A DNA stretch of 64,000 nt from a virus (lineage: Duplodnaviria > Caudoviricetes), in IMG/VR virus record IMGVR_UViG_2808606757_000001, positions 1,416-65,415 of that record; one strand, written 5' to 3'. Positions 46,739 through 56,625 of the stretch are shown here, one piece after another. The notes below the pieces were generated by a model that did no database searches, was not told where the DNA came from, and saw nothing but the letters and a program-made list of their open reading frames with translations. Numbering within the stretch: the stretch's first letter is position 1; the number at the start of each line of letters is the position of its first letter. The position numbers and the translations under genes are program-made.

Positions 46739-48171
46739 TGCCGTACAGAGGTTGGTTCACGATCGACGGTGTCGAGATCGCCAACAGTGCCCGCACGACC
46801 GCCCACTTGGGTCGCGACGTCCCGACGTCGGACGTCGGCATGTTCACCACCGGTGGCACCGATTGCGCCCTGGTCGAGTCCGTCGATCACCCAGGCTTGT
46901 ACGAGATTCCGGACGGTTCGGTGGAAGTCAGGCCTGGGTTGTGGTCGCCGCCGCCGGGGTCACGGCGGTTCGGGCCGGGCCTGTTCGTGCTCGACGGGAC
47001 ATGCTGGGGTCCGGCGGCGATCTGCTCGGACTGCTCGCTGTCGGTGGACTACGACGATTCATGGCCAGGGCTTCAGGAGTTCCTCGGCGACAACATCTAT
47101 CGGCCCGAGCTGGCGCCGTGGTACTCGACGGAGCTGCCTGAATCGGGGGAGTTCGGCGGGGTGTGGGTGATGTCGGTGGACGGGCTCGACGCCACCCCGG
47201 TCCAGCGGGACATCACCCAGATGGCGGGGTCGGGGGCGGCGGCCGGCCCGCACCGCGACGCGTCCCGCACGGTGACGTTTGAAGCGGTGCTGATCGCCTG
47301 CACCCATGCCGGGGTGGTCTTCGGGCTGAATTGGTTGACGTGTCTGCTGCGCGGCACCACCACGGACACGATGAGCACGCTGCGCTATCTGTCTGCGTCC
47401 CCGTCGTATTCGGGTGTCGACCCCGCTTCGCTGTTGCGTGAGGTGCACGGGCTGGTGTTGACGAAGGCGCCGACGATCTCGCAGGAGATCAACACCGAGG
47501 CTCGGCAGCATCAGCAGTCCACGATCTATCGGATCTCGTGGGAGATGGTGGCGTTGTCGCCGTACGCTTACCTGCCTGCGGTTTCGGTGTCGGCGGATTG
47601 GGATGTGATCACGCGGCAGCCGGTCAACTGGATTCACGCCGCAGATTGCGGTGCGCCGGAGACGTGCGAGGACATGCCGGTCATGTTCTCCACAACGTGC
47701 GTGCCCGAGGAGATTGCGGTGGTGACGACCCCGCCCCCGGTGTGCGGAGGCTGCCTGCCGGTCGGGGAGATCGACAAGTACAGCTTCCGGGTGCCGACGA
47801 TGGAGTACGCGTTCCGCTGCCGCGAGACCGCGGTGACGACGGTGATCCGGAACGTCGGGGAGACATCGTTGTCGCTTCAGGCGTTCTGGCGGGAGTGCAG
47901 CTCCGACGTGCGGTGTGAGGACAACCGTTGGCCGCTGCAGATCGCCGGCCTGCCACCCGGGGCCGAGTTGGTGTTGGACGGAATCACGGGCCGGTTCTGG
48001 GCGAACTACGACGAACGTGTGCGCCGCGTGGTTGGTGTGGTGGGGACTCCGAATGGTGCGCCGTGGCGGCCGCCGATTATCGACCGTGAAACATGCTGGG
48101 ATTTCGCTGTTCAGACTGCCAGCTCGTCGGAGTTTGAGGTCGATCTGGTGCTGTTCGACCGGGAGCCCTGA
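46738..48171 (+). CDS. Minor tail protein (distal tail-like)
   Basis: First gene after the tape measure. Confidence 0.8.
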   Translation: MPYRGWFTIDGVEIANSARTTAHLGRDVPTSDVGMFTTGGTDCALVESVDHPGLYEIPDGSVEVRPGLWSPPPGSRRFGPGLFVLDGTCWGPAAICSDCSLSVDYDDSWPGLQEFLGDNIYRPELAPWYSTELPESGEFGGVWVMSVDGLDATPVQRDITQMAGSGAAAGPHRDASRTVTFEAVLIACTHAGVVFGLNWLTCLLRGTTTDTMSTLRYLSASPSYSGVDPASLLREVHGLVLTKAPTISQEINTEARQHQQSTIYRISWEMVALSPYAYLPAVSVSADWDVITRQPVNWIHAADCGAPETCEDMPVMFSTTCVPEEIAVVTTPPPVCGGCLPVGEIDKYSFRVPTMEYAFRCRETAVTTVIRNVGETSLSLQAFWRECSSDVRCEDNRWPLQIAGLPPGAELVLDGITGRFWANYDERVRRVVGVVGTPNGAPWRPPIIDRETCWDFAVQTASSSEFEVDLVLFDREP

Positions 48172-49229
48172 TGGCGGGGATTGTGGGCGAGCAGATCGTG
48201 TCGGTCCGCACGATTCATGGGGTGCAGCTCTACCAGTTCTTGGCTGATGGCTATACGAATTTGAAGTGGACGCGGCTGCTGCGCGAGGTGTCGACGTGCG
48301 AAATTCAGGTGCCGCCACAGGCCGGGTATGTGCGGATTCCTGATCTGACGCCGTGGCTGCATTGGGTGGACGTGTGGGACGGCAATCAGCGGGATTTGTT
48401 GTGGTCGGGGCCGATTCAGCGGGTGGAGCAGGGCCGCAACTGGCTGTCGCTGTCGGCGCGTGACGCGGCCAGCTTGGGGGCACGGACGCGGTGTCCGTTG
48501 ACGAAGCGTTGGGATTCAGCCGATCCGGCCGAGGTGGCGGCCGAGTTGTGGGCGTCGATGATCGAGCACCACGGTCTCAATCTCGGCCCGATCACACGCA
48601 ATGACCCGCTCGGGGACCGGTTCGAATTCCAGTGCCAGGCTGACACGAAGATGGTCGAGGAGGTGGTGCAGGAGCTCACCGACCTGGGCCTGTATTGGTC
48701 TGTGGTGGCGGGTATTCCGCTGCTGGGGCCGGTGAAGCCTGATCCTGTCGCGGCGCTGGGGGAGCAGCACTTTCTGAGTGATCTGTCGGTCATCCGTGAC
48801 GGCGCCGCTACGTACAACGATGTGCTGCTGTTGGCCGGCAATAGTCGGTCGCGGGCGCGGGTGCCGATGGGTGGGTTGAATCTGCAGACGATCGTGCGGC
48901 GGGATTCGATGTTCGGGGTGTCGAATGCGGATCGTGCCGCGGTGCAGGCGGTGCGGTATTCGGGGGCGATCCGGGACGCGATCAGCGTGCCGCGTGGGGC
49001 GGTGTTGCATCCGGATGCGCCGCTGTCGATGGGGCAGTTGGTGCCGTCGGCGCGGGTGAACGTTGAGGCGTTCGGGTTGTTGTCGACGATGGAGTTGGAC
49101 GGTGTGACGGTGACGTGCACCCAGGGCCAGTCGACTGTGGGTGTGGATTTGGAGTCGGTGCCGCCGGACGATCTTCCGGAGCTGTTGGAGGACGTGAAAC
49201 CCGGGTTCAGCGGGGGCCGTGGTGACTGA
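48171..49229 (+). CDS. Minor tail protein (hub-like)
   Basis: Synteny; W.R...EVS, LLWSGPI. Confidence 0.8.
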   Translation: MAGIVGEQIVSVRTIHGVQLYQFLADGYTNLKWTRLLREVSTCEIQVPPQAGYVRIPDLTPWLHWVDVWDGNQRDLLWSGPIQRVEQGRNWLSLSARDAASLGARTRCPLTKRWDSADPAEVAAELWASMIEHHGLNLGPITRNDPLGDRFEFQCQADTKMVEEVVQELTDLGLYWSVVAGIPLLGPVKPDPVAALGEQHFLSDLSVIRDGAATYNDVLLLAGNSRSRARVPMGGLNLQTIVRRDSMFGVSNADRAAVQAVRYSGAIRDAISVPRGAVLHPDAPLSMGQLVPSARVNVEAFGLLSTMELDGVTVTCTQGQSTVGVDLESVPPDDLPELLEDVKPGFSGGRGD

Positions 49230-52014
49230 CACGAGGTTGGGGCGTTCGCCGCGGTCAGAAGCTGAGTGGGCGCGCGAAATTGAGCGCCGCACTACGGCGC
49301 TGGAGCGCGCTCAGACCGCTCGGATCGGCCCGTGGGTGTTGTCGGCGCAGGATGGTCGTCCGGTGCTCACACGGCCGAATGCGGAGCCGTTGGAGGTAGG
49401 CGCCGTCGGTGAGCCGGAGGTGATCGACCTGTCGGCCCGCGGGTCGGTGGTGCAGGAGTTGAACACCGGGGATCTGGCGACGGCGGTGGGTATGCCGGAT
49501 GTTGATCCGGATGCGCCGCCCACCTTGGACGATATCCGGCAGTGGATGCAGGCGAATCTGTTTGGTCAGGTGTCGGCGTCGAGGATCCCGGCGTTGCCGT
49601 GGGCGCACCTGTTCGACGGCGCGGTGGAGCTGTTGGACGATCCGGGGTTCGATAACGCGTCGACGTTCTCCTCGGGTGATCCGAAGGTCAACCGGGACGC
49701 TGAGTTCGGCCGGCGCAAGCCTGGGTCTGCGCGGATCGATGCTGACGGTGGCACGCATCTCGTTGTGACGAACCTGATTCCGGTGGAGCAGGGCGAGAAA
49801 CTGCCGCTCGGGGTGCACGTGTTCTACGAGGAGCTCGCGGCCAGTTCGGCGCCGGTGCGGGTGTCGGTGCGGGCTTATCACCGCAACACCGACGACAGCG
49901 TGACTCTGCTGGCCACGACGCAGGTCGCGGCGTTGTCGGTGCTGTCGGGCGATTCGGCGGACCATCCGGATCAGGACGACGACTGGGTGTGGTTGGGCGG
50001 CACCTACACCGTGCCCGGCCCCATCGGTGGCCTGTCGGTCGATGAGGTTGTGGGCGAGGTCAAGGTCGACGCCACCAGCGGCACGATCTGGGCGGACGAC
50101 GCCACGGTCACCAAGACCCGCGACGGGATGCCGCAGGCCTGGATCCTCAGTCTCGTACCGGATTTGACGTCGCTGTGGAACGGCGTTTCGGGCACGGTCG
50201 AAACGATCATGACGGCGCTCGGACTGACACCGTCGGGCACGTTCTGGGATGACTTGTTCGATCTGTCTGATGAGATCGCGTGGATTCAGGACAAGGCGGC
50301 CGAAGCTGGTGCGGACGCGGCGGCGGCGTTGGCGGATCTGGCGAACAAGCTGGGGATCTCGGATTGGGACGACTGGCTTGCCGCGCAGTGGGACACGTTC
50401 AAGGCCACCCTGTTGTCCAACCCCGGGAGCCTGCTCGGCGCGCTCGGCATGAACAAGATCACCGGCCTAGTCGATCTGAATTCGCTTACCACGCAGATCC
50501 GCGACATCCTCGCCGGTGTCGCGACGGTGCCCACGTTGCCGATCATTCAGGACATCAAGGACTGGTGGACGTCGATCGGGCAGAAGACACAGAGCCTCAC
50601 CACTGGAGGAACGCTCCCGCCGACCAGCGTGGGCAGCACGGCGGGCGGATCGAGCCTCGGCCAGGACATCGTCGACACGTGGAATAAGTTCTGGGACGGC
50701 ATTTTCAAGACCACCGGTTCGACGGGCAAGACACCGGCCGATGTGCAGACGGCGGCCGCATCAGTCTCCACCACCGCGGCTATCGCCCAAGAGTCCACAG
50801 CCACACTGGCAAATCTGATGAATGCCCCCAAGAACATCCCGTTTTGGGTGTCGCCGAACCCCTTTGAGGATGTGGTATTCCCCAGGGTGATGGCCTCCGA
50901 GGCCAAGATATTCACCGGCGGAAGGTTGTACCTAACGGCATTGCGGACAACGCAGAACCGGATCTATAACCAGGTCGGATTCATGACGAATGGCGGCGAC
51001 CCGCAAGAAAACGTATTTGTAGCGGTCTACCGGATCGACCCTGCGAATGGGACGTACACACTGGAATACGACTTCGGGAACGTGAGTTCGCAAATCCTCA
51101 CCGGGTCCGGGCTAGTAGATCAGCGGTTCAATATGCCGTATGACCTGCAAGCTTCCGAGGGTGACCTATGGGCAGTGGGGATCCTGACAACCGGCACGGG
51201 TTCGTATCCATCGCTCGTATGCGTGGCGAGTTCGGCGATGGATTACACCGGGCTTCATCCGCGGTGCGCCACCGCTGTCCTAGCTTCCCAAACCTCGATT
51301 CCTGCGAGCGTTTCGGCCGCCAGTGTCACACGAGCCGCGGATCGAGTCTGGGCCAGCTTGGGGCAAGCGCTTGACTTCGAGGTCCCGACAATTCAGTTGG
51401 CGGAGCAGTTCTCGACGGGACAGTGGGGTTCATCGGCGTGGTACCTGTTTGGCAGCGGGGATTATGACGATCGAACGGGCGTCATCGCCTCAGATGGCGG
51501 CCTGCATATGCGGGTCACTCCGGGGTACTCACTGCCGATACCCAAGACGATCAACCGATCCTCGGGGATCCACAAGACGGCGATGAGCACCAACAACATG
51601 GCGTCTGAGGTGACGATCGCCAGGGTTCCGGACACTTCAGTGCCCCCTATCTGGGCGATTGTTCGGGCGCGCAACAACTCCACTCTGGGCGCGGCGCTTG
51701 AGATCACTGCCAACCAAGCCAGAATCATTACGTTCGACGCCGCTGCCGACCCGACCCCTACTGCGCGTGCGACGGCGTCCACCACGGTCAGCGTGGGCGA
51801 TGTGTTCCGAATCGAAGCGGTCGGAACGGTGTACACCGCGTATCGAAATGGGGTTCCGATCCCTGGGTGCACTTGGACCGACACCGGCAATGCCGTCATC
51901 CCGCTCGTGGCGTCGCTTCGGCGAACGGGGTGGTTGGTCAGCTTCAACGCTGGGTTTTCGTCTCAGGACCACTCAGCGTGGATTGCCGCCTGGCGTGGTT
52001 ATGACGTGGTCTGA
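49219..52014 (+). CDS. Large minor tail protein / receptor-binding candidate
   Basis: 931 aa; LL.DPGFD carbohydrate-binding-like module; beta-rich C-terminal domain. Confidence 0.8.
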   Translation: MVTDTRLGRSPRSEAEWAREIERRTTALERAQTARIGPWVLSAQDGRPVLTRPNAEPLEVGAVGEPEVIDLSARGSVVQELNTGDLATAVGMPDVDPDAPPTLDDIRQWMQANLFGQVSASRIPALPWAHLFDGAVELLDDPGFDNASTFSSGDPKVNRDAEFGRRKPGSARIDADGGTHLVVTNLIPVEQGEKLPLGVHVFYEELAASSAPVRVSVRAYHRNTDDSVTLLATTQVAALSVLSGDSADHPDQDDDWVWLGGTYTVPGPIGGLSVDEVVGEVKVDATSGTIWADDATVTKTRDGMPQAWILSLVPDLTSLWNGVSGTVETIMTALGLTPSGTFWDDLFDLSDEIAWIQDKAAEAGADAAAALADLANKLGISDWDDWLAAQWDTFKATLLSNPGSLLGALGMNKITGLVDLNSLTTQIRDILAGVATVPTLPIIQDIKDWWTSIGQKTQSLTTGGTLPPTSVGSTAGGSSLGQDIVDTWNKFWDGIFKTTGSTGKTPADVQTAAASVSTTAAIAQESTATLANLMNAPKNIPFWVSPNPFEDVVFPRVMASEAKIFTGGRLYLTALRTTQNRIYNQVGFMTNGGDPQENVFVAVYRIDPANGTYTLEYDFGNVSSQILTGSGLVDQRFNMPYDLQASEGDLWAVGILTTGTGSYPSLVCVASSAMDYTGLHPRCATAVLASQTSIPASVSAASVTRAADRVWASLGQALDFEVPTIQLAEQFSTGQWGSSAWYLFGSGDYDDRTGVIASDGGLHMRVTPGYSLPIPKTINRSSGIHKTAMSTNNMASEVTIARVPDTSVPPIWAIVRARNNSTLGAALEITANQARIITFDAAADPTPTARATASTTVSVGDVFRIEAVGTVYTAYRNGVPIPGCTWTDTGNAVIPLVASLRRTGWLVSFNAGFSSQDHSAWIAAWRGYDVV

Positions 52015-52205
52015 TTGGCGCGGCCATCGGCGCGCAGTTGGTAGACGCGTTGCTTGCTGACGCGCAGCACTGCGGCGACCTCCTGCCATGTGTGGCCCTC
52101 GTCGTCCATCGCGGTCGCGACGAGCTGGGCCAGTTCGCTGTCGAGACGAACGACCGTTTCCGTCCTCTCGGCGCGGTTGGCGGCGATCCGCTCGAAGGCT
52201 GTCAC
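51999..52205 (-). CDS. Small HTH protein (leaderless)
   Basis: GHTWQEVAAVLRVSKQRVYQL; minus-strand TACGCT-N7-GTG. Confidence 0.75.
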   Translation of the reverse strand: MTAFERIAANRAERTETVVRLDSELAQLVATAMDDEGHTWQEVAAVLRVSKQRVYQLRADGRANQTTS

Positions 52206-52348
52206 GCCGACGAGCGTAACAAAAATCGTTGCCTACAGCTGGTCAAACGTGATTAGACTGGGGGTGTATCTCAGACACCGCGTGGCGGGCTAACCGGCCT
52301 AGGAACCATCGGCCCGCCACGCGGCCCACCCCCATAGGAGGCTCAACC

Positions 52349-52645
52349 ATGTTACGTAGTGCCATCTCGGCGATCGCCGCAGTCTGCGCGATCACTCTCG
52401 TGGGATCACCCGCCGCAGCCGCTGAACCCACCGACAAGGGTGCCACCACGCGGTCTGCTCACGAGGACGCGCCGAAAAAGATCACGATCGCAGCACCCAA
52501 GCCTCCCACCTGGAATGGCCCCAAGTTGCACAAGCAGCGCACCAGCGACCTGCGCGCCGGTAGCCCAGTTGAGGACTGGCGGATCGCCCGCAAGCGCACC
52601 ATGGATCGCTACTTCGGCGACCTCTGGTCGGGAACCCACCACTAG
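52349..52645 (+). CDS. Small secreted protein
   Basis: RBS AGGAGG; signal peptide ending PAAAA. Confidence 0.7.
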   Translation: MLRSAISAIAAVCAITLVGSPAAAAEPTDKGATTRSAHEDAPKKITIAAPKPPTWNGPKLHKQRTSDLRAGSPVEDWRIARKRTMDRYFGDLWSGTHH

Positions 52646-52657
52646 CCCCGGCCATGC

Positions 52658-52683
52658 AAGGCCCTCGGGAAACCGGGGGCCTT
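52658..52683. terminator. Hairpin between convergent genes
   Basis: AAGGCCCTCGG-GAAA-CCGGGGGCCTT. Confidence 0.7.
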
Positions 52684-52685
52684 CG

Positions 52686-52988
52686 TCATTCCACGTTCTG
52701 CCACGTCTTGCGGTGCACGATGTGGCACACCGACTTACCCGACACCCCGAATTGTTTGGCCAGCTCGCGCTGGCTGTAGTTACCCGTCGCGTACATGTGG
52801 CGAATCTCCCGCACAGATTCGGGCGTCAGGACATGAAACGCGGGCAACCTACGCTGACTGTAGACACGGTTAGCCCGGCGATAGTGGCTCTTGCACAGGC
52901 CCTTTGCCTTGTGTGGCCCATCCCCGTAGTGACACAAGCCCTCTGCTAGGTGCGCCCCGTCGCACCCTTCGATCGTGCATTTCCCCAC
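52686..52988 (-). pseudogene. HNH-endonuclease-like relic (Zn finger + HTH, nuclease core absent)
   Basis: CTIEGC...GLCKSHY joined directly to LTPESVREIR...SQRELAKQFGVS...RKTW. Confidence 0.55.
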
Positions 52989-53071
52989 CTGGTAGATGGT
53001 GCCACCAGCTACTTGCTTTTGTTAAGAGGCTGAACGATTTCCTGCACGTCAGGGCCGTTGAATGACGGCCG

Positions 53072-54211
53072 ATGTCGTGGTCCGACGAACTTGTCCAGCT
53101 CGCCCGCACGATCCCCCGGGGATGGTTCGGCGACGTCGTCGCGTCCGAGGCCCCGGAGCCGCCCGTCGGCTGGTGGTCTGTCCTCACGCTCGACTTCGCG
53201 CACACAGTCGCGTGGGTCACCGAGATGGAGCTGCAGGCGCTCCAACAGCTGGGGATCGTGCATAGCGTCCACGCCACCCAGGCCTTGGCGCTGCGAGCGT
53301 TGTACAAGCTGAACATCAGCCAACCCACTGCCGTGACCAACACAGTTGGGCTGCAGGGCATCTACATGCTGGACCACGCACTGTCGGTCGCCGTCAACCA
53401 GGCTTTCAACCTCGCCAAGCTTATCCCCGGCGTGGCCTTCACCCACGCACTGAACATCAACGGTCTGCTCACACTGCAGAAGATCCGGGCCGTCGACTTG
53501 CCGCACGCTGTCTACGCCGACCACACGTTGAGCTTCGCCAAGGTTCGAAACCTCAACATCGCCCAGACGATCGCCGCCAACCACAACCTCGACGTGGCCA
53601 AGATCCGCACGATCGCTGTTGCCCAAAACGTCGCCGTCAGCCACAACTTCGAGATCGGATTCCCCAGCACCGGCCTGCCCGCACGCGCCGAATTCGGCAC
53701 CCCCGGTCCCTACAGCTATGTCTTTCCCCGCAACTGCGTTTTCATCGATCGGATCGTGCTCGGCGGCGGTCAGGGCGGCTCAGGCGCTACGTTCTTGGCA
53801 GCCAACGGCGGCAACGCTGGAGTCTTCGCTTGGGACACAGTCCAACGTGGTGTCGACTTCTCCTACTTCGAAACCGCCATTACCGGCACAGTAGGTGACG
53901 GCGGCAACGGGGGCAGTGCCGGAACTGACGGAAGCGCTGGCCAAGCAACCACTGCCACCATCAACGGCAATACACTGACCGGCGCTGGCGGTCCCACAGG
54001 ATCGAGCGGTGGGCAAACCGGTGACGCTGTGTCATCTGGGAACACCAATGGCAACAAAGATCTGCTTTTCAACGGTCAGACGTATGTCGGCGGCGCCGCG
54101 TCGACCACCACCACCGCCAACACACCCGGATCAGGTGGCAGAGGTGGCAATTCATTCAGCAGCGGCAGCAAAGGCGGACGCGGGCAAGCCTGGTTCTATG
54201 CACGCCAGTAA
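53072..54211 (+). CDS. Minor tail protein with glycine-rich C-terminal domain
   Basis: D.IVLGGGQGGSG...GG.GG..GG.GQAWFYARQ. Confidence 0.8.
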   Translation: MSWSDELVQLARTIPRGWFGDVVASEAPEPPVGWWSVLTLDFAHTVAWVTEMELQALQQLGIVHSVHATQALALRALYKLNISQPTAVTNTVGLQGIYMLDHALSVAVNQAFNLAKLIPGVAFTHALNINGLLTLQKIRAVDLPHAVYADHTLSFAKVRNLNIAQTIAANHNLDVAKIRTIAVAQNVAVSHNFEIGFPSTGLPARAEFGTPGPYSYVFPRNCVFIDRIVLGGGQGGSGATFLAANGGNAGVFAWDTVQRGVDFSYFETAITGTVGDGGNGGSAGTDGSAGQATTATINGNTLTGAGGPTGSSGGQTGDAVSSGNTNGNKDLLFNGQTYVGGAASTTTTANTPGSGGRGGNSFSSGSKGGRGQAWFYARQ

Positions 54212-54226
54212 GCCACGATCAGCACC

Positions 54227-54610
54227 GTGACCGTCGGCATCACCGCATATCTGGCGAACAAGCTGCTAGATCACGTCTTTCGCAACGTGACCTACGCGCC
54301 GCCAGCCATCGTGTACTTCAAAGCGCACACCGGTGACCCCGGCGCCGCCGGAACCGCCAACCCGTCATCGAACGCCACCCGCTACGCCCTCACGTTCGGC
54401 GCCGCGTCCTCCGGCCAGATCGCCATCACCGCCTACCCAGAACACACCCTCAGCGGCAGCGAAACCATCTCCCACGGCTCCATCTGGGACCACCCCACAG
54501 CGGGCAACTGCTTGATCACCGGGCAAGCCACCGTCAGCAAGGCAGGCATCAGCGGCGACATCATCCGCCTCGCCTCCGACGTCATCAGCCTCACACCCAT
54601 CGCGACATAA
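54227..54610 (+). CDS. Minor tail protein
   Basis: LANKLLDHV...HTGDPGAAGTAN...WD..T.GN.L. Confidence 0.8.
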   Translation: MTVGITAYLANKLLDHVFRNVTYAPPAIVYFKAHTGDPGAAGTANPSSNATRYALTFGAASSGQIAITAYPEHTLSGSETISHGSIWDHPTAGNCLITGQATVSKAGISGDIIRLASDVISLTPIAT

Positions 54611-54624
54611 GGAGAACCATCGGA

Positions 54625-54978
54625 ATGATGTCGGCAACCGAATGGGCCGTCGCGTGGGAAGTCGCCAGCCTGCCACCGGAAGTGGTGCCAGCTGCACCCG
54701 TTCCACCTGTCCCGCCCAGCGACCCGGACGACACCGAAGCTGCCCAGGCATACGCACAGGCCCAGCAGGACTACCAGGTAGCCGTCGATATGGTCTACCA
54801 CGACATCAACACGCTGCTGGCCAACGACGAGTACTGGCAGGACACACTGTCGCTGTTCGCCGATGAGGCTGAGGCCCGGGCAATGCTGCCACGTCTTATC
54901 TCGGCGAACGCGTCGAACCAGTTCACCCGCAACTTTCGGGTCGTCTACTCGGCGCCCCGCGTGTGGACCCCGGCCTGA
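54625..54978 (+). CDS. Hypothetical tail-associated protein
   Basis: RBS AAGGAG. Confidence 0.7.
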   Translation: MMSATEWAVAWEVASLPPEVVPAAPVPPVPPSDPDDTEAAQAYAQAQQDYQVAVDMVYHDINTLLANDEYWQDTLSLFADEAEARAMLPRLISANASNQFTRNFRVVYSAPRVWTPA

Positions 54979-55075
54979 CCATGCGCCTCGCCCTGGCCGC
55001 CACGATCGTCGTCACCGTGCTGGCCTGGGCTGCGCTGCGCCCCATCCCTCAGGTCGATACGCTCGCGGCGTTCTG

Positions 55076-55219
55076 ATGTGGTGGCACCAGGTCATCCTGG
55101 TGTTCATCCTCGGTGCGCTCACGGGTGGGTGGGCAGCGACGATGGCCGTCATGACCGGCAGCTATCACCCAGAGCAGCCCGGCAACGGCCCACCCCAGCA
55201 TCGCACCCGAGCTCCGTAA
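55076..55219 (+). CDS. Small membrane protein
   Basis: MWWHQVILVFILGALTGGW; preceded by another 31-aa hydrophobic ORF at 54981-55076. Confidence 0.5.
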   Translation: MWWHQVILVFILGALTGGWAATMAVMTGSYHPEQPGNGPPQHRTRAP

Positions 55220-55229
55220 CCTCCCGACC

Positions 55230-55874
55230 GTGCCGATCACGGAGTACACCGAGCCGAACGTCTGCATCGGGGAAAACCTCACCACCGACGACGCCGGCCA
55301 ACTCCGCCTGCAACCGTGGGCCGTGCCCCGCCTCGTGGCGGACGTGCGGGCGATGGCCGCCGACGGGGACCGCAAGGTGTACCCGCAGATCACGCTCCCC
55401 GGCAAGCTGCTGATCGATCAGAAGCTCTACTGGCGCAACGACTCCCCGCTACCAGCCACGATGCTGATCCGCGTCACCCGCGGCCCCCGCTACTGGCTCA
55501 CGTCGAATCCGAACGCGATCCAGTTCCGGGACCGCTGGACCTACGCCCGCGACGCCGAACCAGCAGAACCGTTGACCACCAGCATTTTCAACGGCCAAAC
55601 CGGCTCCGCGATCGACATCGGCACCAACAGCGTGGCCGAGCCGAACCCCGGTCAGCAGTGGATGTGGACCGACGTCAACACCACCGACGAGTGGGTGCCG
55701 TACGAGATCGAGCCGAATCAGCAGTTCGCGATGTGGTACCGCTGCTACGTCTGGACGCCACCACCGTGGAGCGATAACGCGAACAAGAACTCCCCGAAGC
55801 ATGAGGCCGCCGCGTCGTGGGCGCGACTGTCGCTCATGGCATATGGACAGCAGGGAAGTGTGGTGACCGGATGA
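55230..55874 (+). CDS. Minor tail protein (paralog 1)
   Basis: W.N.SP...VTR motif. Confidence 0.75.
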   Translation: MPITEYTEPNVCIGENLTTDDAGQLRLQPWAVPRLVADVRAMAADGDRKVYPQITLPGKLLIDQKLYWRNDSPLPATMLIRVTRGPRYWLTSNPNAIQFRDRWTYARDAEPAEPLTTSIFNGQTGSAIDIGTNSVAEPNPGQQWMWTDVNTTDEWVPYEIEPNQQFAMWYRCYVWTPPPWSDNANKNSPKHEAAASWARLSLMAYGQQGSVVTG

Positions 55875-56025
55875 CGCGGCCAGGACGGGAATGGATGGCG
55901 CCTCCTGGATCAGGTGCGCCGATGTGGCCGGGACAGGACTGCCCGAGCTGCGGCGCGGCGCTGTCGGAGGCGGGCAAGCACAAGGTGTGCGGAGCCGGGT
56001 GTGGTCATCGGCAGGCGGTGCCGCA

Positions 56026-56625
56026 GTGAGCATCAAGGTCTGCACCAGCGAGTACATGCTGAGCACCGTCGACGGGCTCGACATGCGCCGCGCCTGGTTC
56101 CCCCGCGTCGTCGCCGAAGCGTTCCTCGAGTCGACCAAGGACGGCACGATCTCGCGCGCCCCCGATCCGGTCACGATGATCGACGGCGACGTGACATGGT
56201 TCAACAACAGCCCGGACCCGCAAGTCGTTGCGCTGCAAGTCACCCGGGCGCCGCGCACCATCGTCGCGCAGAACCCCGGCACCGTCGTCATCCACGACGC
56301 CTGGTCGGCAGCCAAAGGTGTCTCCCCGGTCGCTGATTACCCGTCCGTCACACAGGATGCGTTCGGTGGCCGCGCACAGATCGACCGGCCCGAAGCATCC
56401 GCCGAGAACCTGTTGTTCGGCCGGCTGTTCCTCGACGGCGACTCCACCCAGGCCATGGTGCCGATCGGCGTGCTGCCGCCGAAGCATTCGATGCACTTCC
56501 GGTACGTCTGCTCCGTCCAGACACCCGGGACCTGGACCAGCCCATCAGAATTCGAGTCACGGATGGAGGCGCACGCACGCTGGACACGGCTCGTCGCGCT
56601 GGCTTCACCGGTGGGGGCACAGTGA
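56026..56625 (+). CDS. Minor tail protein (paralog 2)
   Basis: WFNNSP...VTRAPR...NP. Confidence 0.75.
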   Translation: MSIKVCTSEYMLSTVDGLDMRRAWFPRVVAEAFLESTKDGTISRAPDPVTMIDGDVTWFNNSPDPQVVALQVTRAPRTIVAQNPGTVVIHDAWSAAKGVSPVADYPSVTQDAFGGRAQIDRPEASAENLLFGRLFLDGDSTQAMVPIGVLPPKHSMHFRYVCSVQTPGTWTSPSEFESRMEAHARWTRLVALASPVGAQ

